The notes: generated by a model not told the origin, from the sequence alone. A DNA stretch of 64,000 nt from Eledone cirrhosa (GCA_964016885.1 OZ024740.1:63612001-63676000); one strand, 5' to 3'. Positions 27,132 to 42,040 are shown, counted from the first letter of the stretch. Translations and numbers: made by a program.

Positions 27132-28846
27132 GCATATGTTTGTGTTTGTGTGCACATGAGCGTGCTTGTGAGTTGTACGCCTACATACCTTCATTTAACA
27201 GCTTATGATTGACAATCTGGTGACAAATGGAAGCATCGATTGATTCGTCCCAAACTTTCGAACCGCTTTATTAGCGTTGTCCTGAAGGTAGCTAACCATC
27301 TAGCATTAACTATATAACGATGTTAGTAAATCTTAATTAACTTGTTCAACATCTTCTAGCTGAAGGAGCATGTTACACATTTATTGTGTAGAAACGAGCA
27401 GAATTTACCATAGTAATTGCTATATCTTTTTGTTTTCCCTGGAATAAGCTTGGTTGTTCAATTTCGTTCCACCCCTGTCACTTAGACATTCGTCATAGTT
27501 TGAAAATCCCTTTAAGTCATTTAAAATCATTTACGAAGCCTGACTGTGTAGTTAAGGATTTCACTTCGCAACCAGATGGTTGACAGTATGAGTGTGGCTT
27601 TCGAGGATCGGGAACAAAAATGTATTGAAAATTAATCTAATTGACACACAACTACGTTCCCACTGTACATACGCATAAAGAAAAACATATGCACACACAT
27701 AAAGAGAGAAAAAGAGAGAGAGCGTAGAGAAAAACAGTTGAATAGTTTGATAGTAGTAAGTACTATTTTTGTTTCCTCTTTTACAACTATTCAGTCTTTT
27801 TCATGGCCCCCTGATTAGTGAATAGGATATAGGAAGATATCCTCAAACTGGAGACCTGGCCCAAATATTTAATCAATTGTTCAACCGAGCGACACATTAA
27901 GTCACCACCTAATTATGAAGAATAAAAGCAAAATGTTCTTGCCAAATATGTATTGTACTGACTCGGCGCCGTCAAAACAACGGTGCGCAATCAGCTGCGT
28001 CAAAACGTAGAATATCAATTTGGATATAATCCATTTGTTATTTGGTCAGTAATTCAACGCTCTGTAGTTCACTCACCGCTTAATGCAAACAATAGAAAAT
28101 ATACAAATATAAACATAGTAGCATTTCCTATGTACACAGTACCATAATAGCATCTAAATTAAAATTCTTTTGATCCTTATTCATAACTGTTGTTATATCG
28201 CCTCATCAGATCAAACTAAAATGTTTCCATTAGTCATTCTCTTGCAAATACAATCTGCCAGTTGCAACTTCTGGCAGAAGCGTCACCATTTTGTCTGACG
28301 CTCTAAAAATTCCGCTAATCCAACACACCTGGATTGATTCTGTTTACCGACCCGAAAGGATGAAAGGCAAAAATGTTCTCGGGAGGATTTGAATGCTGAG
28401 TGCAGAGACATGGAACAAATACCTTAATCCGAGGCTCTAATGACTCCGCCAATTCACAAATATATATAAAGCGTATATATTCTCAATTATTAAATATTTT
28501 GTCCATATTCTATGGAAAAGAATACTAAGCGGTTTTTGTTGATTTAAAAAAAAAATGTAATTACCATTTGGTTAGTACTTAACTATATTTAAAGAATAAA
28601 GAAAAAGGTGGTGATGAGTGGGGCAAGATGATGCTCACCAATTTATAAATATTCACTACTAATAAATATGAATCAATCCTTCGAAGTTGATCGAAGAATA
28701 ATGGCACCTATGTTTCTGTTCTTTTTTTATTTATTTTTTCATTCAAGAACGCGGTATAAACCTTCATCGAGAGAAATAAATAATTGCCAATTATACTACG
28801 TTTGAGAATAGATAGATTCTTTTTTTTTTACTGACATATTATTAGT

Positions 28847-28911
<65 letters not shown>

Positions 28912-29433
28912 GGTAGTCTTGTTAATATTATTATTTACAATAGTTAAATGAGCTACATTTTTTGTTTGTATATACTTTTTATCTACTTTCTCATTCTTTC
29001 CCCAATCGTTTTCATATTGTTGTGATATTCAGATTTCTACAATGAGATGAATAGCTATATGAAGATAGTTCCTCTTTATTTTAGTTTTTCATTTCTTTTT
29101 TCTAAACATAAAATATGCGAGCATTATAATTCCGAGGTGCAGCTTTACCGAGCAAAGCAAATTTAGAACTTGCTTCAAAAATAGATTACGAATAGAAATA
29201 CGAGAGAGAGATAAGTAGCAAGATTAATTCTACTGATGAAGATTGAGTAATCTTAGAAGTGGGCAGCGTTAGAGCGCCGGATAGAATGTTTTGCGGTATT
29301 CATTTCGACTCTCTGCTCTCTGAGTTGAGTTCAAATCGCGCCGAGGTCAACTTTGCCTTTCATACATTAGAGGTCGAATAAAAAGGTACCAGTCTAGTAC
29401 TGGGGTCGATACTTTCTCTATATCTCTTCCTCC

Positions 29434-29556
<123 letters not shown>

Positions 29557-30559
29557 TCTCTCTTTCCTTCTCTGTGTTCAAACCTGGAGAGGATTGAGCT
29601 CCACTAAGTTTTTAAATGCCCTAGAAACGCAGTATATCAATACAACGTCCCTACGACTCCTTCAGGAGTTATGGAACCATGCATGCATAACCCTAAAGGT
29701 GATAAACTGGTGTTGGAAAGAATGCTTTACGGTATTCGTTCCAGCTCTGTGCACTGAGTTTAAATTTTGCTGATGTCAACTTTGTCTTTCATCCGTTGGA
29801 TAAATAAAGCCTCAGTCAGGTGCTGTGATCGAGTCTTTTTCACCTTCTTTCTCTCTGGAAGACGTCGAGTGTAGTGAAATCTGGAGAGGCTGGGGATGGA
29901 ATTGCTAGGTTTAAATGACCAGTACGTCACGATGATGCCTCTACGACTACATCAGGAGTTAAGGGCTCAACGATGACGAACATTTTAATTTATAATGCAG
30001 TATATGAGTGAAGGCGCATGGCTTAGTGGTTATGGCATTGGGTTGTGAGTTCAATTCTCGGATCGGGTGATGTGTTGTTTCCTTGAGCAAGACACTTTAT
30101 TTCACGTTGCTCCAGTTTACTCAGCTGTAGAAATGAGATGATAGGACTGGGATCCCTATCATTAAATTACCCAAGACACCTCCAACGAGACATACCTTGG
30201 CGGAGGCCAGCTAAACTTGCATAGGTGTGAGCTGTCACACACATATTAGAGATTAATTTGAACCTTTCATATCTAAAACTTTAATGATGTAGGGGAATCA
30301 ATCACAATTTCTCTGTATCCAGTATGGGTTCTTTTGAATTCGTTACTGTGTAATTTATGCATTATAAAATGTTAAAAGTAACGATAAAAAGTATGTATCT
30401 ACAAATTTTCAATATCTAATATCTAAAAATATTGAGGGGTGGTGTTCTATACATTTTAGGGATTACTTGTACACCTCTTCTTCCACTTGATATCGAAGTC
30501 TTTAGTCTATATGTAGCGCAGCCGGAGAAACGAATGGCACATTTGATGTTGCGTGGTAT

Positions 30560-31044
30560 GTTAAGATATAATAATTGTTTCTACTTTTGGCACAAGGCCA
30601 GAAATTATCCAGTATATTACTGGTACTTTATTTTATCGACCCCGTAATTACTGGTACTTTATTTTATCGACCCTGATACTGCCAATCCACCGCCGTTAAG
30701 ATATAATTGTTTCTACGTTAGGCACAAGGCCAGCAATTACCCAGTGCATTACTGGTACTTTATTTTTATCGACCCCGTAAGGATGAAAGGCAAAGTTAAC
30801 CTCAGCGGGATTTGAACTCAGAATGGCAAGGGCCGTAACTCTATGCGTCAAAGCATAGCGTCCGACCCTCTACCGATACTGCCGTTAAGATATAATAATG
30901 ATTTCTAGTATAAGCACAGGGCCAGTAATTTGGGGAGAGGGAAAAGTTGATTAAATCGACCCAGTACGTTACTGGTACTTTATTTTATCGACCCCGTAAG
31001 GATGAAAGGCAAAGTTAACCTTGGCGGGATTGTTAAGATATAAT
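30560..31044 (-). mobile_element. Three tandem SINE copies separated by the same 13-bp target sequence
   Basis: GTTAAGATATAAT at 30560, 30695, 30884 and 31032, with differently truncated SINE copies between. Confidence 0.85.
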
Positions 31045-32027
31045 AGTACACCGAGATGGAGATATGGATTCATACTGATTGCTTGGCTTGTGATCAAATT
31101 TTAATTAGGATTGGATCAATTATCTCAGATTATTTCAAGTGGAATCATATTCTTATTTTATGCAATTCATATTTTTTATTGTTTAAAAAGCTATATATCT
31201 ATTCCTACTTTCAACCTCATCAATAAGTGCAGTATGCATGCTAACCTCCAGAATTTTGTTTAAAATTAAAACAATGCAGGAAATGTTTCTCTCAACACCA
31301 GTTACAGCCAACTTTCAGACATTTTTGTTTTATTTTGTTTTCTAACGAAATGTTGAAATAAACGCTAGAAAATAGTTCAAGATATTCTAAAAACTTTATC
31401 GATTTGTAACAATCATAATACATATTCATTAAAGATATTGAATAAAGTTTATATAGTCTGAAAAATCAGTACGGGCTATTGATTTACTATTCAAAAGATT
31501 ATTTGTATGAAATATATTCAGTTTACCATATTTTCGCTTCAAGTAGCTCTTTTCTCCGTCCAATAAAAAGAAAGAAAAACATGCTAGATTCTGCTTAAAT
31601 GCAATAAACTAAAGCGTGTTTTGTTTTTTTTCATCAAAATTTATATACTAAAATTATTCACTCGAACAATAGAACGTAGACTTATCAAATGTAGGTCACT
31701 TGAAGCAATGCCCAGGTTTATGATAATTACTATACACACATCAACATCTTCAACAATCCCCACACGGTTTACAAATAGCATTATTTAGCTTTTAAATTAT
31801 GGTTAATTTGATTTTCATTATTCATAATAGCGTAGTTAGGAGAAACTTTTCTATATATCACCTAAGTTGGAAATAATTGTGGACGAAGTATAAATGAACT
31901 GAAAGCCCAAAGGCTAAGTTATCGATCGTTCCATAGAAAATGTGAAAATTGCATGACTCTCTTCGTAATTCATTCGGCCGTTAGATACTTCTGAATAATA
32001 AATATTTGTGTTTATATGTTTATCATG

Positions 32028-32247
<220 letters not shown>

Positions 32248-33569
32248 CATTAACACTTCTAAATATCAGATTCATTTTACATAACTTCATCAAAGAATCT
32301 TTATTGCTATTTTTGTTTCTTTAAACAGTACTCTTTTTTTTTAGCATGAATCTTTTATGGTGCAGCGTGTTTACACAGTTGGATATAGCGGCTTCTTTTT
32401 AATTAAGCAGCAGATTGTAAGGAGCTGAGACAAATTACATGTAGTTGTCATTTCATTGATTCTTCCGACTGGAGAGAATGGTCAAGAAAATGAACGAAGT
32501 TTCTGGGGAAAATAAATAACATAGATTACGCCCCAACTTGATTATTGTCGCTAATTTATTCTCAGAAATTGAAGTGTATATGTTGAGTTTAAATCCCGAC
32601 GAAGTCAACTTTACATTTCATCTTCCCTGGTTCGATAAAATAAGGTAACACACAAGTACTGGGGTGGATTTAGTCGACTTTTCCCTTTCACAAAATCTTC
32701 TCACCTTGTACCTTAATTAGAAATCGATAATTATTCTAATCAATAGAAATCAGACTTGTCAAGAGATCAGGATTACCACAGAACCTCACCCTTTATTATT
32801 CAAACTTCAAATTCTAGCCAGGTGTGATCGTCAATGTTATTCATTCTATTCCATCCATCTGTCCATCAAATCATGGGCCCTTAACTCCTGATGGAGTCAT
32901 AGAGTCACCGCTATGACATACGACTTGGGTATTTAAACCGAGCGGGGCCCATCATGCTCCAGGTCTGAACTCAGTTAGTTTTCTATAGAAAAAGAGTGAA
33001 GATAAATAAATATGAAGGAAGAATCGACCCACTACTAAATTGGTACTTTATTTATCGACCTCTAAAAGTTGAAAAGCACAATTGACCTTGACGGGATTTA
33101 AACTCAAAACGTAGAGAGCCGGAACAAATATCGCAAAATATTCTATTCGACGTTTTAACTCTGCCAACGCGACGCTTATAATTCATTCCACTAGGATCAA
33201 TCAATCAGTATCAGTGATAATCAGAAATCCATTTGATCGACTATCTTAAAAATTAGTATTGTACCTAAGGAAGAAACAAGATAATCACTAGATGATAGTT
33301 AGACTTGCTAGAAATAGAAGCCAAATCTACCTGAAATCATACACTACCATCTAAAACAAAACGGAAAGACACAAAACATTGCAATGGAAATAATGCAGCT
33401 CTGCACTGAAGCATCACAAGAAGCACTGTGCAAATGACAATTGTTCTGTTTACTTACCTGTACGTAGTTCGAGTTGGCCTACAGGCAAACTTTTCATTAG
33501 ACTGGTAATATCATTTCTAGGGAACGAAATGTTGCTTAACCCTTTTAATATCGTGTAGGTGTCACGACA

Positions 33570-33806
33570 AAAAGCACCCAGCTCACACTGTAAAGTGGAC
33601 GTGTAAAAGACAGCAAAAAGCACCCAGCACACACAGTCAATGTGGTTGGCGTTAGGAAGGGCATCCAGCTGTAGAAAACCAGCCAGAAACACTCCTATAT
33701 GAGTGAGACACGGTCACCCAACCCAACTTGCCTCTAAATGGGACAAACCCGTCTAGCCCATGCTAGCGTGGAAGATAGACGTTAATCGATGATGATGATG
33801 ATGATG
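33570..33806 (+). mobile_element. SINE fragment with a Meta-domain-like core and (GAT)n tail
   Basis: GTGGTTGGCGTTAGGAAGGGCATCCAGCTGTAGAAA core; ends GACGTTAATCGATGATGATG. Confidence 0.65.
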
Positions 33807-33809
33807 TTC

Positions 33810-34040
33810 TGGCAGACTATTGGGCGGTAATTTTTAGCAAGGTTAGTCTGGCTATTTTGGGGGATGGGGAGAGTAGTGGCATTTGATAACCATTGGTCAG
33901 TTCTTGTATGCCTTTGATGGTTTCTCTAAACATCCGTATGAGACCTTGCCGATAGAAGGTGAAATTTTTCGGCCAGTATCCTGTTATGAGGTCTGGGCCT
34001 GGTGATTTCCTATTCGACATTTTCTGCAGAGCTGTTTCAG
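33810..34040 (-). mobile_element. R4/Dong-like RT fragment
   Basis: Minus-strand NRKSPGPDLITGYWPK..KNYRPI with a frameshift. Confidence 0.7.
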
Positions 34041-35244
34041 TATAGACCCATCTATGATGATGAATACTAACCTTCCAGAAACTTGGCTCAATGATATAAA
34101 ACTATTAATTTTAAAGTGTCTTATCCTTTATAAATTCATATAAAAAAACTTTTGTTATCTAAATCACCAGCTTAATAATTACGAAGCAGGATATTTTACT
34201 AAATCCCACTAAATTCTTTATTATTTTCAAAATTAATTGAAACAAGAGCAAAGTATTTCATAAGACATATAGTAACGAAAGAGTCAATGGGGTGAGAACT
34301 AAATAAACTGATTACCCCAGCATACACTCAAGTTCTTTCTAAAGAATCAAACGCAATTCTGTTAACAATAATTTGTTTATACACTAGTTGCATCTTCACC
34401 CTAACAATATCTAATCAATCTCCAACATGATATATATAACAAACTAACAGAAACACCACCCTCCAGGTGCAAAGTTGTATACACGGCATTGTATAGAATA
34501 CCAAGATTCTTATATAGAATGTCTAATAAAATAGCTGAGTTTCACACAGTACCGGTAACACATATAATGTGTGTGGTGGTGGTTGTGGTAGGGGTATGTC
34601 TGTATGCGTGTTTCGTAATGCATATATTAATGTATAGAAATAAATCTAAAGAGAAAACTACATTTTTCAAGTGCAAATGATATGAAGTCGAATTGACATT
34701 TTGCTTTTGCGGCTTATTTAGAATATTTATTAACCACAAGAGGACGGTTTATAGGCAGAATGGGTATAGTGCCGGGTAAAATGGCATTGGGTAATTGTTC
34801 TTCTTCTTTACATTTCGTGTTCAAATTCTGCCAAGGTCAACTTTGCCTTTCATCTTAATTTGTACTCCTCCAGAATCGGTAGAAGGCGGTCAACATGCTT
34901 AGCTTCATAGAGTTATGGCCCTTTCATCCTGAGTTCAAATTCCGCCGAGGTTAGCTTTGCTTTTCATCCTTACGGGGTTGATAAAATAAAGTAGTAGTCA
35001 AGTATTGGAGTTGGTTTAATTAATTTGTCCTTTCCCAAAAAATTTGCTCACCTTTTGCCTGATTTAGAAATTAATATTTATGTGCAATAGGACATACATA
35101 CAGACATTGCGTTGTATTTAGAGAGATGGTGAATAAATGAAGTTACAAATTTAACATTTCTATTTTCTACTCTCTCTTTCTTTATTTCAGAATAAACTGC
35201 GAAATCATTGACATCAAACTGAAGAACAAAGCAACAAAATAAAT

Positions 35245-35626
35245 ATGAACGATAACGTCACTTTTCACAACAGTATAACCAGCTATTGTTTACCGGGTAG
35301 TGCTGTTAAACAGAAAGACATATCACGCCTGGTGCACATGTTCCAGGCACCTAGTCCAGCGCCTGATATTTCCACACATGAGATAGTACTAAAAATAAGT
35401 TTGTATGTTGTAGCATTTCTCATGGATATTGTTGGTAACGTGCTAGTTATGTTAATCATCTACCTCAACAAACGCATGCACTGCACAACCAACTATCTTA
35501 TCATGAATCTGGCAATATCAGACATTTTGGTTGGGTTATTCTGTATGTGGGTGCATGTTGGTAATCAAATCACTCCGGAATGGCCGTTTGGCGATTTAGT
35601 TTGCAAAGTCAATACATTTATTCAAG
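35245..35626 (+). CDS. Class A neuropeptide-type GPCR, coding exon 1 (N-terminus, TM1, TM2, start of TM3)
   Basis: IVGNVLV, TNYLIMNLAISDILV and WPFGDLVCK; splice acceptor TTTCAG ending at 35190 implies an upstream UTR exon; donor G|GTAAGT at 35626/35627 (phase 1). Confidence 0.93.
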
Positions 35627-35721
35627 GTAAGTATGCTGTGTTTATTAGCTACAAATAACTAGGGAAATTTGGGTGTCACTTATTTTGTTGTTTCTAATTA
35701 TTTTTTATCTCAATAGAATCC

Positions 35722-35769
<48 letters not shown>

Positions 35770-36164
35770 ATCATTTAACGTACGTTTTTCTTGCTAGCAA
35801 AGGTTGAACTAGTCGTCAACAGATCAAGCCAATACTCAATCGGAAATACTGACCCTCTCAGATAGAATGGACGCCTATTAATCCACCTGGAGAAGAAATA
35901 GTCATTTGATTGCTAATGAGAACATCGAGATTCACCTGAATGTAAATCGTGATGACAGTTTGTTTTACGTGGTTGTTTTCTTGCAATATATTTCATCTTC
36001 ATTTTCTGAAGTTCATACAATCACTTATTGATTCGACATTAATATTCATCTTCTCTGACGAAAAGCAAACAATCCTACAACTCGTCAAGTGAATCATTTG
36101 ACCAATTTAATCTCGGAAAATGTGAGGTGGATTTTGGAAGACTGATACTATGCGAAACTCATTG

Positions 36165-36249
<85 letters not shown>

Positions 36250-37485
36250 GCGCGCGTGCGTGTGTGCGTGTGTGTTTATATTTAAACCGGTCTAAAAGTC
36301 AGTGTAGTTTATGTTCGACTAAAGTCCTTGAAGACGGTGCTCTAGCATGGTCGCAGTCATTGTCTGAAACCAGTAAAAGAAAACTATGTCAATACCATTA
36401 TCATCTTTATCATAATCATTATGATGATCATTATCGTCATCATAATACAGACAATTTGTGAGCTGAAATATAACAAACCAACTTTCTATATAACTATCTT
36501 GTTCTTTTTTAAAATCATAAAGTTAGTTTGAAAATAAAACTTTAAAACATCTGCCCCTGCCTCCTAGCAAGTTACTGATTGATTTTTACAGATTTTACTA
36601 TAAAAATAAGGAGCTCCCTGCTAATTTCCTTTTTTCTTTACTTTATTTTATTTTTTTGTAACATTCTGTCTAGTTAATTGTCAGATCTACACCTATAGAT
36701 AATACATAAAAACTGATTTTTCCATTTTTAGTATTCATAGTCACCTATGGTAGAAAAAGATAGCACCATGTCTAAAAACTTTAGGTTTTGAGCGTAATTC
36801 ATGTCAAAAATGGAATGAGAAGAACATAGGACAGAAAGAAAAAATTCAGAAAAGATTTTTAATACGAAAATTCTTTTCAGAATCTGAGAAAATCTATTTC
36901 AGTTGACAGCTGGTTAATACTGGAGGTGAATAGTTCAGAATTATAAAATACAGGAAAGTAAGAATTAAAAAAATGAGATTATGAGAATCACTGAAACACA
37001 TCCAATAATAATGAAAAAAATATGTAATGAGAATAGACCAATATTTTGAAGGCGAATTTTTACAATGTGCACTTGTACTTATTTTCTCCATCTCAGGATT
37101 AGTGAACAATATTCAGAACTAACAATAATCATACTAGCTGTTACGAATGGTTATATATACAAATTGGTGTCTATCCAATTTGCCTAAGTCTTTAGTAATA
37201 GTGGAATTATAAACAGTGTCTCCATGGACAGTTAAAGAAGCTACTCAGTAGCTGGTGAAGTCCCAACAAGGGGTGAAATTTGTTCGAATGATTCCACTTT
37301 TTCTGTCCACGAAAGTAATATATATAAAGATAAGATATTTACATTTTTTTGTTACATAAAATTGATTAAAATCTCTAAATATATTCTGTAATACAGAAAT
37401 AAACCACGTACCGAGGAAACATTTTTAGTATCTATAAAAAATTTTCCTTTGGAAAAACTTCTCGCTGTACCTGAATCTTATATAC

Positions 37486-37573
<88 letters not shown>

Positions 37574-37824
37574 ATTTATTTAATTGCAGCAGATTATAAA
37601 TATATATTTATATATTATATTATAGCATTAATATCTGGTTGTTAAAAATTTATTAATTGATAATTGTTTTAATTTGTTTGAAAATCAGATGGAAGTGTTC
37701 ATAAATAGAAATATTTCGGCAATTTGTTAACAAGTTATTTAATATGTTCGAATATTTGGCTAAATATCCAATTATTGGATAAACGTTCTCTCGTCAAATA
37801 TAAATTTTAAAAATAAAACAAGAT

Positions 37825-38130
37825 CCTGCTCTGTGAGACAGGACTGGCGTCTCGTTACACACAACTGGCTGTTCTCTGATCAACCTTGTACCGGTCGCTC
37901 TCCGACAGGTTTGCGGTCATCCCCTTGGCAGTGGAGACTTCTGGTGTCCTTAGCCCTAGGGCTACCTCCCTACTTACCACCATAGGTGTTGAGCTGGCCA
38001 GCCGCAGGTGTGAGCCTCGCGAGATGGAATGGCTCTTCCAGCACGTCCCTCTTACCATCCTTCGAGGAAACACCTTCTCCATTCTGTCCGCCGGGGCTGT
38101 GGGGCGGCCAGCACGTGGGACCCCATTTGC
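37825..38130 (+). mobile_element. CRE-clade retrotransposon 3' fragment
   Basis: YRSLSDRFAVIPLAVETSGVLSPRA..WLFQHVPLTILRGNTFSILSAG; same family as 25306-25533. Confidence 0.75.
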
Positions 38131-40199
38131 TCTCTATACAGAGAGATGGGGAGGACGAGAGAGATGGGGGCGATGATGGTGGGAGTTCGGCTCTTCCATG
38201 TTCGGACACATTGCACCTGTCAAGAGTGTATTTTCATATTTACACATCTTCCTGTTTATTGTCATATATATTTTTTTTCTTTTTATTAAATTGTTTTATT
38301 ATTAAGACAAGCATTGAGTTCAAATTCCGTCGAGGTTAACTTTGCCTTTCATCCTTACGGGGGTCGATAAAATAAAGTATCCGTCACGCACTGGGGTCGA
38401 TGTAATCGACTTTCCCCTCCTCAAAAATTGCTGGCCTTGTGCTTATGTAAGAAACTATATGACGTTCTAAGCCGAACTTGTCATGTTATGCCTGCTTCTG
38501 TAAATATTTATACGTTTCTACAGTTTATTAATATATTAGTTGATAGGATTACTTGAGCAAATTACTGTCAAATTGTAGAAATATACAGCGATACATATTG
38601 AGATAGAGAAAGAAGGGGAAAGACAGGAGACTAAATGAGAGAGCACTGAAAGAAAAAATTATTTTAACAACAAAAATATTGGTTTTTGATTTTACGCACA
38701 AAACCAGGGAGGGGAAAGTTGATTAAATCGACCACAGTGCGTAACTGGTACTTTATTTTATTGAACCCGTAAGGATTAAAGGCAAAGCTAACTCAGAATG
38801 TAAAGGGCCGTAATTCTATGCTGCAAAGCATGTTGTCCGACGCCCTACCGATACTGCCAATCCCTAAACAATAACTTACATGATAGAATGACAAATGTCT
38901 TCTATATACCCCCTAGTCGTAGTTCCAACTTTATGATATTACTTATTTGAGTGGCTAGGATGTTATCTTATCGCTGCTAATACATTCCCCAAAGATGTAT
39001 TATCTAGTACTAATAGCTGGAGTATCTACTCTATCCAATATCAAATATATTTCCGGGATACACAATATGTATGCAGCGATATTAAACTTAAACTGCAAAA
39101 CCTGATGGTCCAGTCATCCCGAAACTTTTTTATATCATCGACCCCGTCATAGAATCCTTTACTCTCTCATTTATCCCAGGAAATCAAAACAAAAACAGAA
39201 TCTAAAATACATGGGCAATAATGACTATATATAGAAATCAGAATTTTGCATCAGTTGTATTTTATTGTATTTTCATTTTCTATACGAATTTCGTTTCAAT
39301 CGACCCCTGGGCAATCCTTTCACCACCTGGGGGTCAATATCGATCCCCTTTGGGAGTTCCTCTGATAATCCATTCATATAATTCACCTCTGCTACCTAAC
39401 TGTGGGGTTTAATACATCTATAAAACTGTGTCCAGATTTAAATTTGTGAGTTGTAGGTGTTGTTGCTGTTTTATTCCACCTCAGCCCTGGTTGAGCAAGA
39501 CTGAGCAAAAGCCTTCCAACGCTGGTCATTGCATCTTCTTTCTAATATGATGTGATTTGAAGGCACGTGGTCTTATGGTAAAGTTGTTGGACTTAAATCA
39601 TGATGTCATGGATTCACTTCCTAGATTAGTTTTTGTGATGTGTTCTTGAGCAAAACACTTCATTTTACATTGCTCCAGTATACTCAGATGAAAATGAGTA
39701 CCAAGCATTAGCTGGGGGGTTTTACCATGCGTGAAACTGGCGTCCTGTCCAGAGGGAAGTTTTATACTTTCAGTCACTTAACGTCTTTGAAACCGGGATA
39801 AGCACCGGCCTGATGAACTTTCAGGCTCGATACAGACTTTAGACTTTTATGTGATTTTAAGAGATATTTATTTTCTATTTCGTGTGGCCCCTGTTGTGTA
39901 TGCTATAGGTAAAAATATAAATTAGAAGACATGCCACTGGGATCGACTTTGCTTTTCTTTCTTCTAGCATCGAGTGTTAATAATTTCTACTTTTGACATA
40001 AGGCCAGCAAATATCCCAGTGTATTACTGGTGCTTTATTTCATCGACACCGTAAGGATGATAGGCAAAGTTAACCTCGACGGGATTCAAAATCAGAACGT
40101 AAAAGGCCATAACTCTATGCTGCAAAGCATGGCGTCTGACACACCGCCTATTTAATTTTAAAAAATGTATTAAAATTGAAAGAAAAATAATTACATAAA

Positions 40200-40260
40200 C
40201 ATCCCTGGTGGGATTCGAACCCACGGCCTCTGGATTAGAAGTCCAGCGCGCTACAGGGAC
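40200..40260 (-). pseudogene. tRNA-Arg(TCT) copy lacking the D arm
   Basis: Minus strand GTCCCTG-TAGCGCG-CTGGA(CTTCTAA)TCCAG-AGGCC-GTGGG(TTCGAAT)CCCAC-CAGGGAT-G. Acceptor, anticodon and T arms pair; the D loop is absent. Confidence 0.85.
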
Positions 40261-40633
40261 CTGACAACTTTTTTACTAAAAGAAGATATAGATTGTGTTT
40301 TAAAGACTATCTTTTCTTTTTTCCATGTAATTTCTGCGAGACATGTCAAGGAAAGGTCAGTAATTACGGTGAAATGCCAAGTTCAACTCGACAAGAGCTA
40401 ATAACGCAAAGCGTTATATCGGAGGTTCTAACGATTGCTGATTCGCCGTCGAGTGTTCTAAGAGAGAATAAAAATATACCTACGACAGACATTTGAATTA
40501 TATGGAGTCGCATAATCATATCTTATCTAGTTAATTTCTTGATTATACTACAAAGGAAATACTATGTATGTGAATTAATTACTGAAGAATTTAGTGGGAT
40601 TTACTAGAATTATTAATTATTTCATTATGAAGA

Positions 40634-40838
40634 GCGGTGGATTGGCAGTGTCGATAGAGCATCGGAGAACGTGATTTGTAGCATAGAATTACGCTCTGAA
40701 TTCAAATCCCACCGTGGTTGGTTTTGCTTTTCATCCTTGAGTGTTCGATAAAATAAAGTACCAGCCACGCACTGGGGTAGATTTAATCGACTTTCCCCTC
40801 CCACCAAAATTGCTGGCCTTGTCCCTAAATCAGAAACC
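40634..40838 (+). mobile_element. SINE (major family) with about 22-bp TSD
   Basis: ATTAATTATTTCATTATGAAGA on both sides; A and B boxes present. Confidence 0.88.
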
Positions 40839-41217
40839 ATTAATTATTTCATTATGAAGATGGTATTTGTAATATATAACTTTACAAAAGGTTCTTATAT
40901 AAAATTATATTGAAAGTTTATAATTTCAACAGAATTCCAATAAAATTGATAGTTTTATTTTATAGAGCCAGAGGTGATTTTGAGTGTGTTGTTATCAAAA
41001 GGTTTTAAACCAAACCCGAACTAAACACCAGTTTTTAAAGAGTTCTTTGTAGCCCTTAGAAACATTGGCTAGTTGATTCTACATTCTACTGACTACATAC
41101 TACGTAATATTCTATCGCTTTAAGAGTGTATGGCCAGAATCGGTACAACGTCGAATAAAATGCTTTGCTGGATATAATAATGTAATAGAACCTAAAGAAT
41201 TTGGTAATAACCTACAT

Positions 41218-41603
41218 TAGTGTTTCCTAAAGTGGACTCCGAGGAAACACAGGGTTCTGTGAAAGTTTCTGAGGTTCCGGTACATAATTATATGTAAATT
41301 AGAACCCTGCATAAGCAAGTTGTATTTTATTGTATATGTAGTTTCTATACAAATGTCAGGTTTTGAACCAATAGTTAAATCGACACACTTGGTAGTCTCA
41401 CCAACCCCTGGTAGCCTTTTAATGAAAGTTAAAAATTTAATAAAAGTTTATTAGATATTTTTATAAATAAATTCTCACTCTGAAACAATTTTTGTTTCAA
41501 GTCTTATTAAAATTATAATGGTGGGGGTTGTCTGTAATATATAGGTGTAGGCTTTGCAATTTTGGGAAAACCATATAAGACAAAATAAATTTGGGAACCA
41601 CTC
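41218..41603. mobile_element. Possible old hAT-type MITE
   Basis: Degenerate termini TAGTGTTTCCTAAAGT and AATTTGGGAACCACTC resemble CAGTGGTTCCCAAA; no clear TSD. Confidence 0.4.
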
Positions 41604-42040
41604 GTCTGCGATGACAAAATTTAAACGATGATGTTTATGGATTTGCAGTATATGCCGAGAGAAGAGAAAGCTGACGTTTCGTGACTGTCCTTTTTAAATG
41701 AGTTAAACATTTTGTCATATTGATTCTTCATCTCCCTATGTCATACAAAACTCGTGTTATATCCAAACGCATGAACTTCACTATTTTTAGTCAACTTCTC
41801 GTTCTGATTTCGAAACCCATTAGGGTCAACTTTACATTTCATCCTTTCAGATACGATAAAATAAGTAGCAATCAGGAACTGGGCTTCATTTAAATAGATT
41901 GTACATTCCTCAAACACGTGAGGCTTTTTGTCAATATTCTATTACTGTGGTCGTAGATATTTTTATATTTGACATCATATTTATTATAAAAAGATAAGCA
42001 ACATTTTGATTTTTCGTTTCATTCTTTATGTCTTTTGTAG

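Noticed and set aside
30560-31044. CRISPR-like repeat-spacer look
   Set aside because: The repeat is only 13 bp, the spacers are homologous SINE copies, the context is eukaryotic and no cas genes are present.
34145-34290. Possible piggyBac-like MITE termini
   Set aside because: The termini are too degenerate and there is no clean TTAA duplication.
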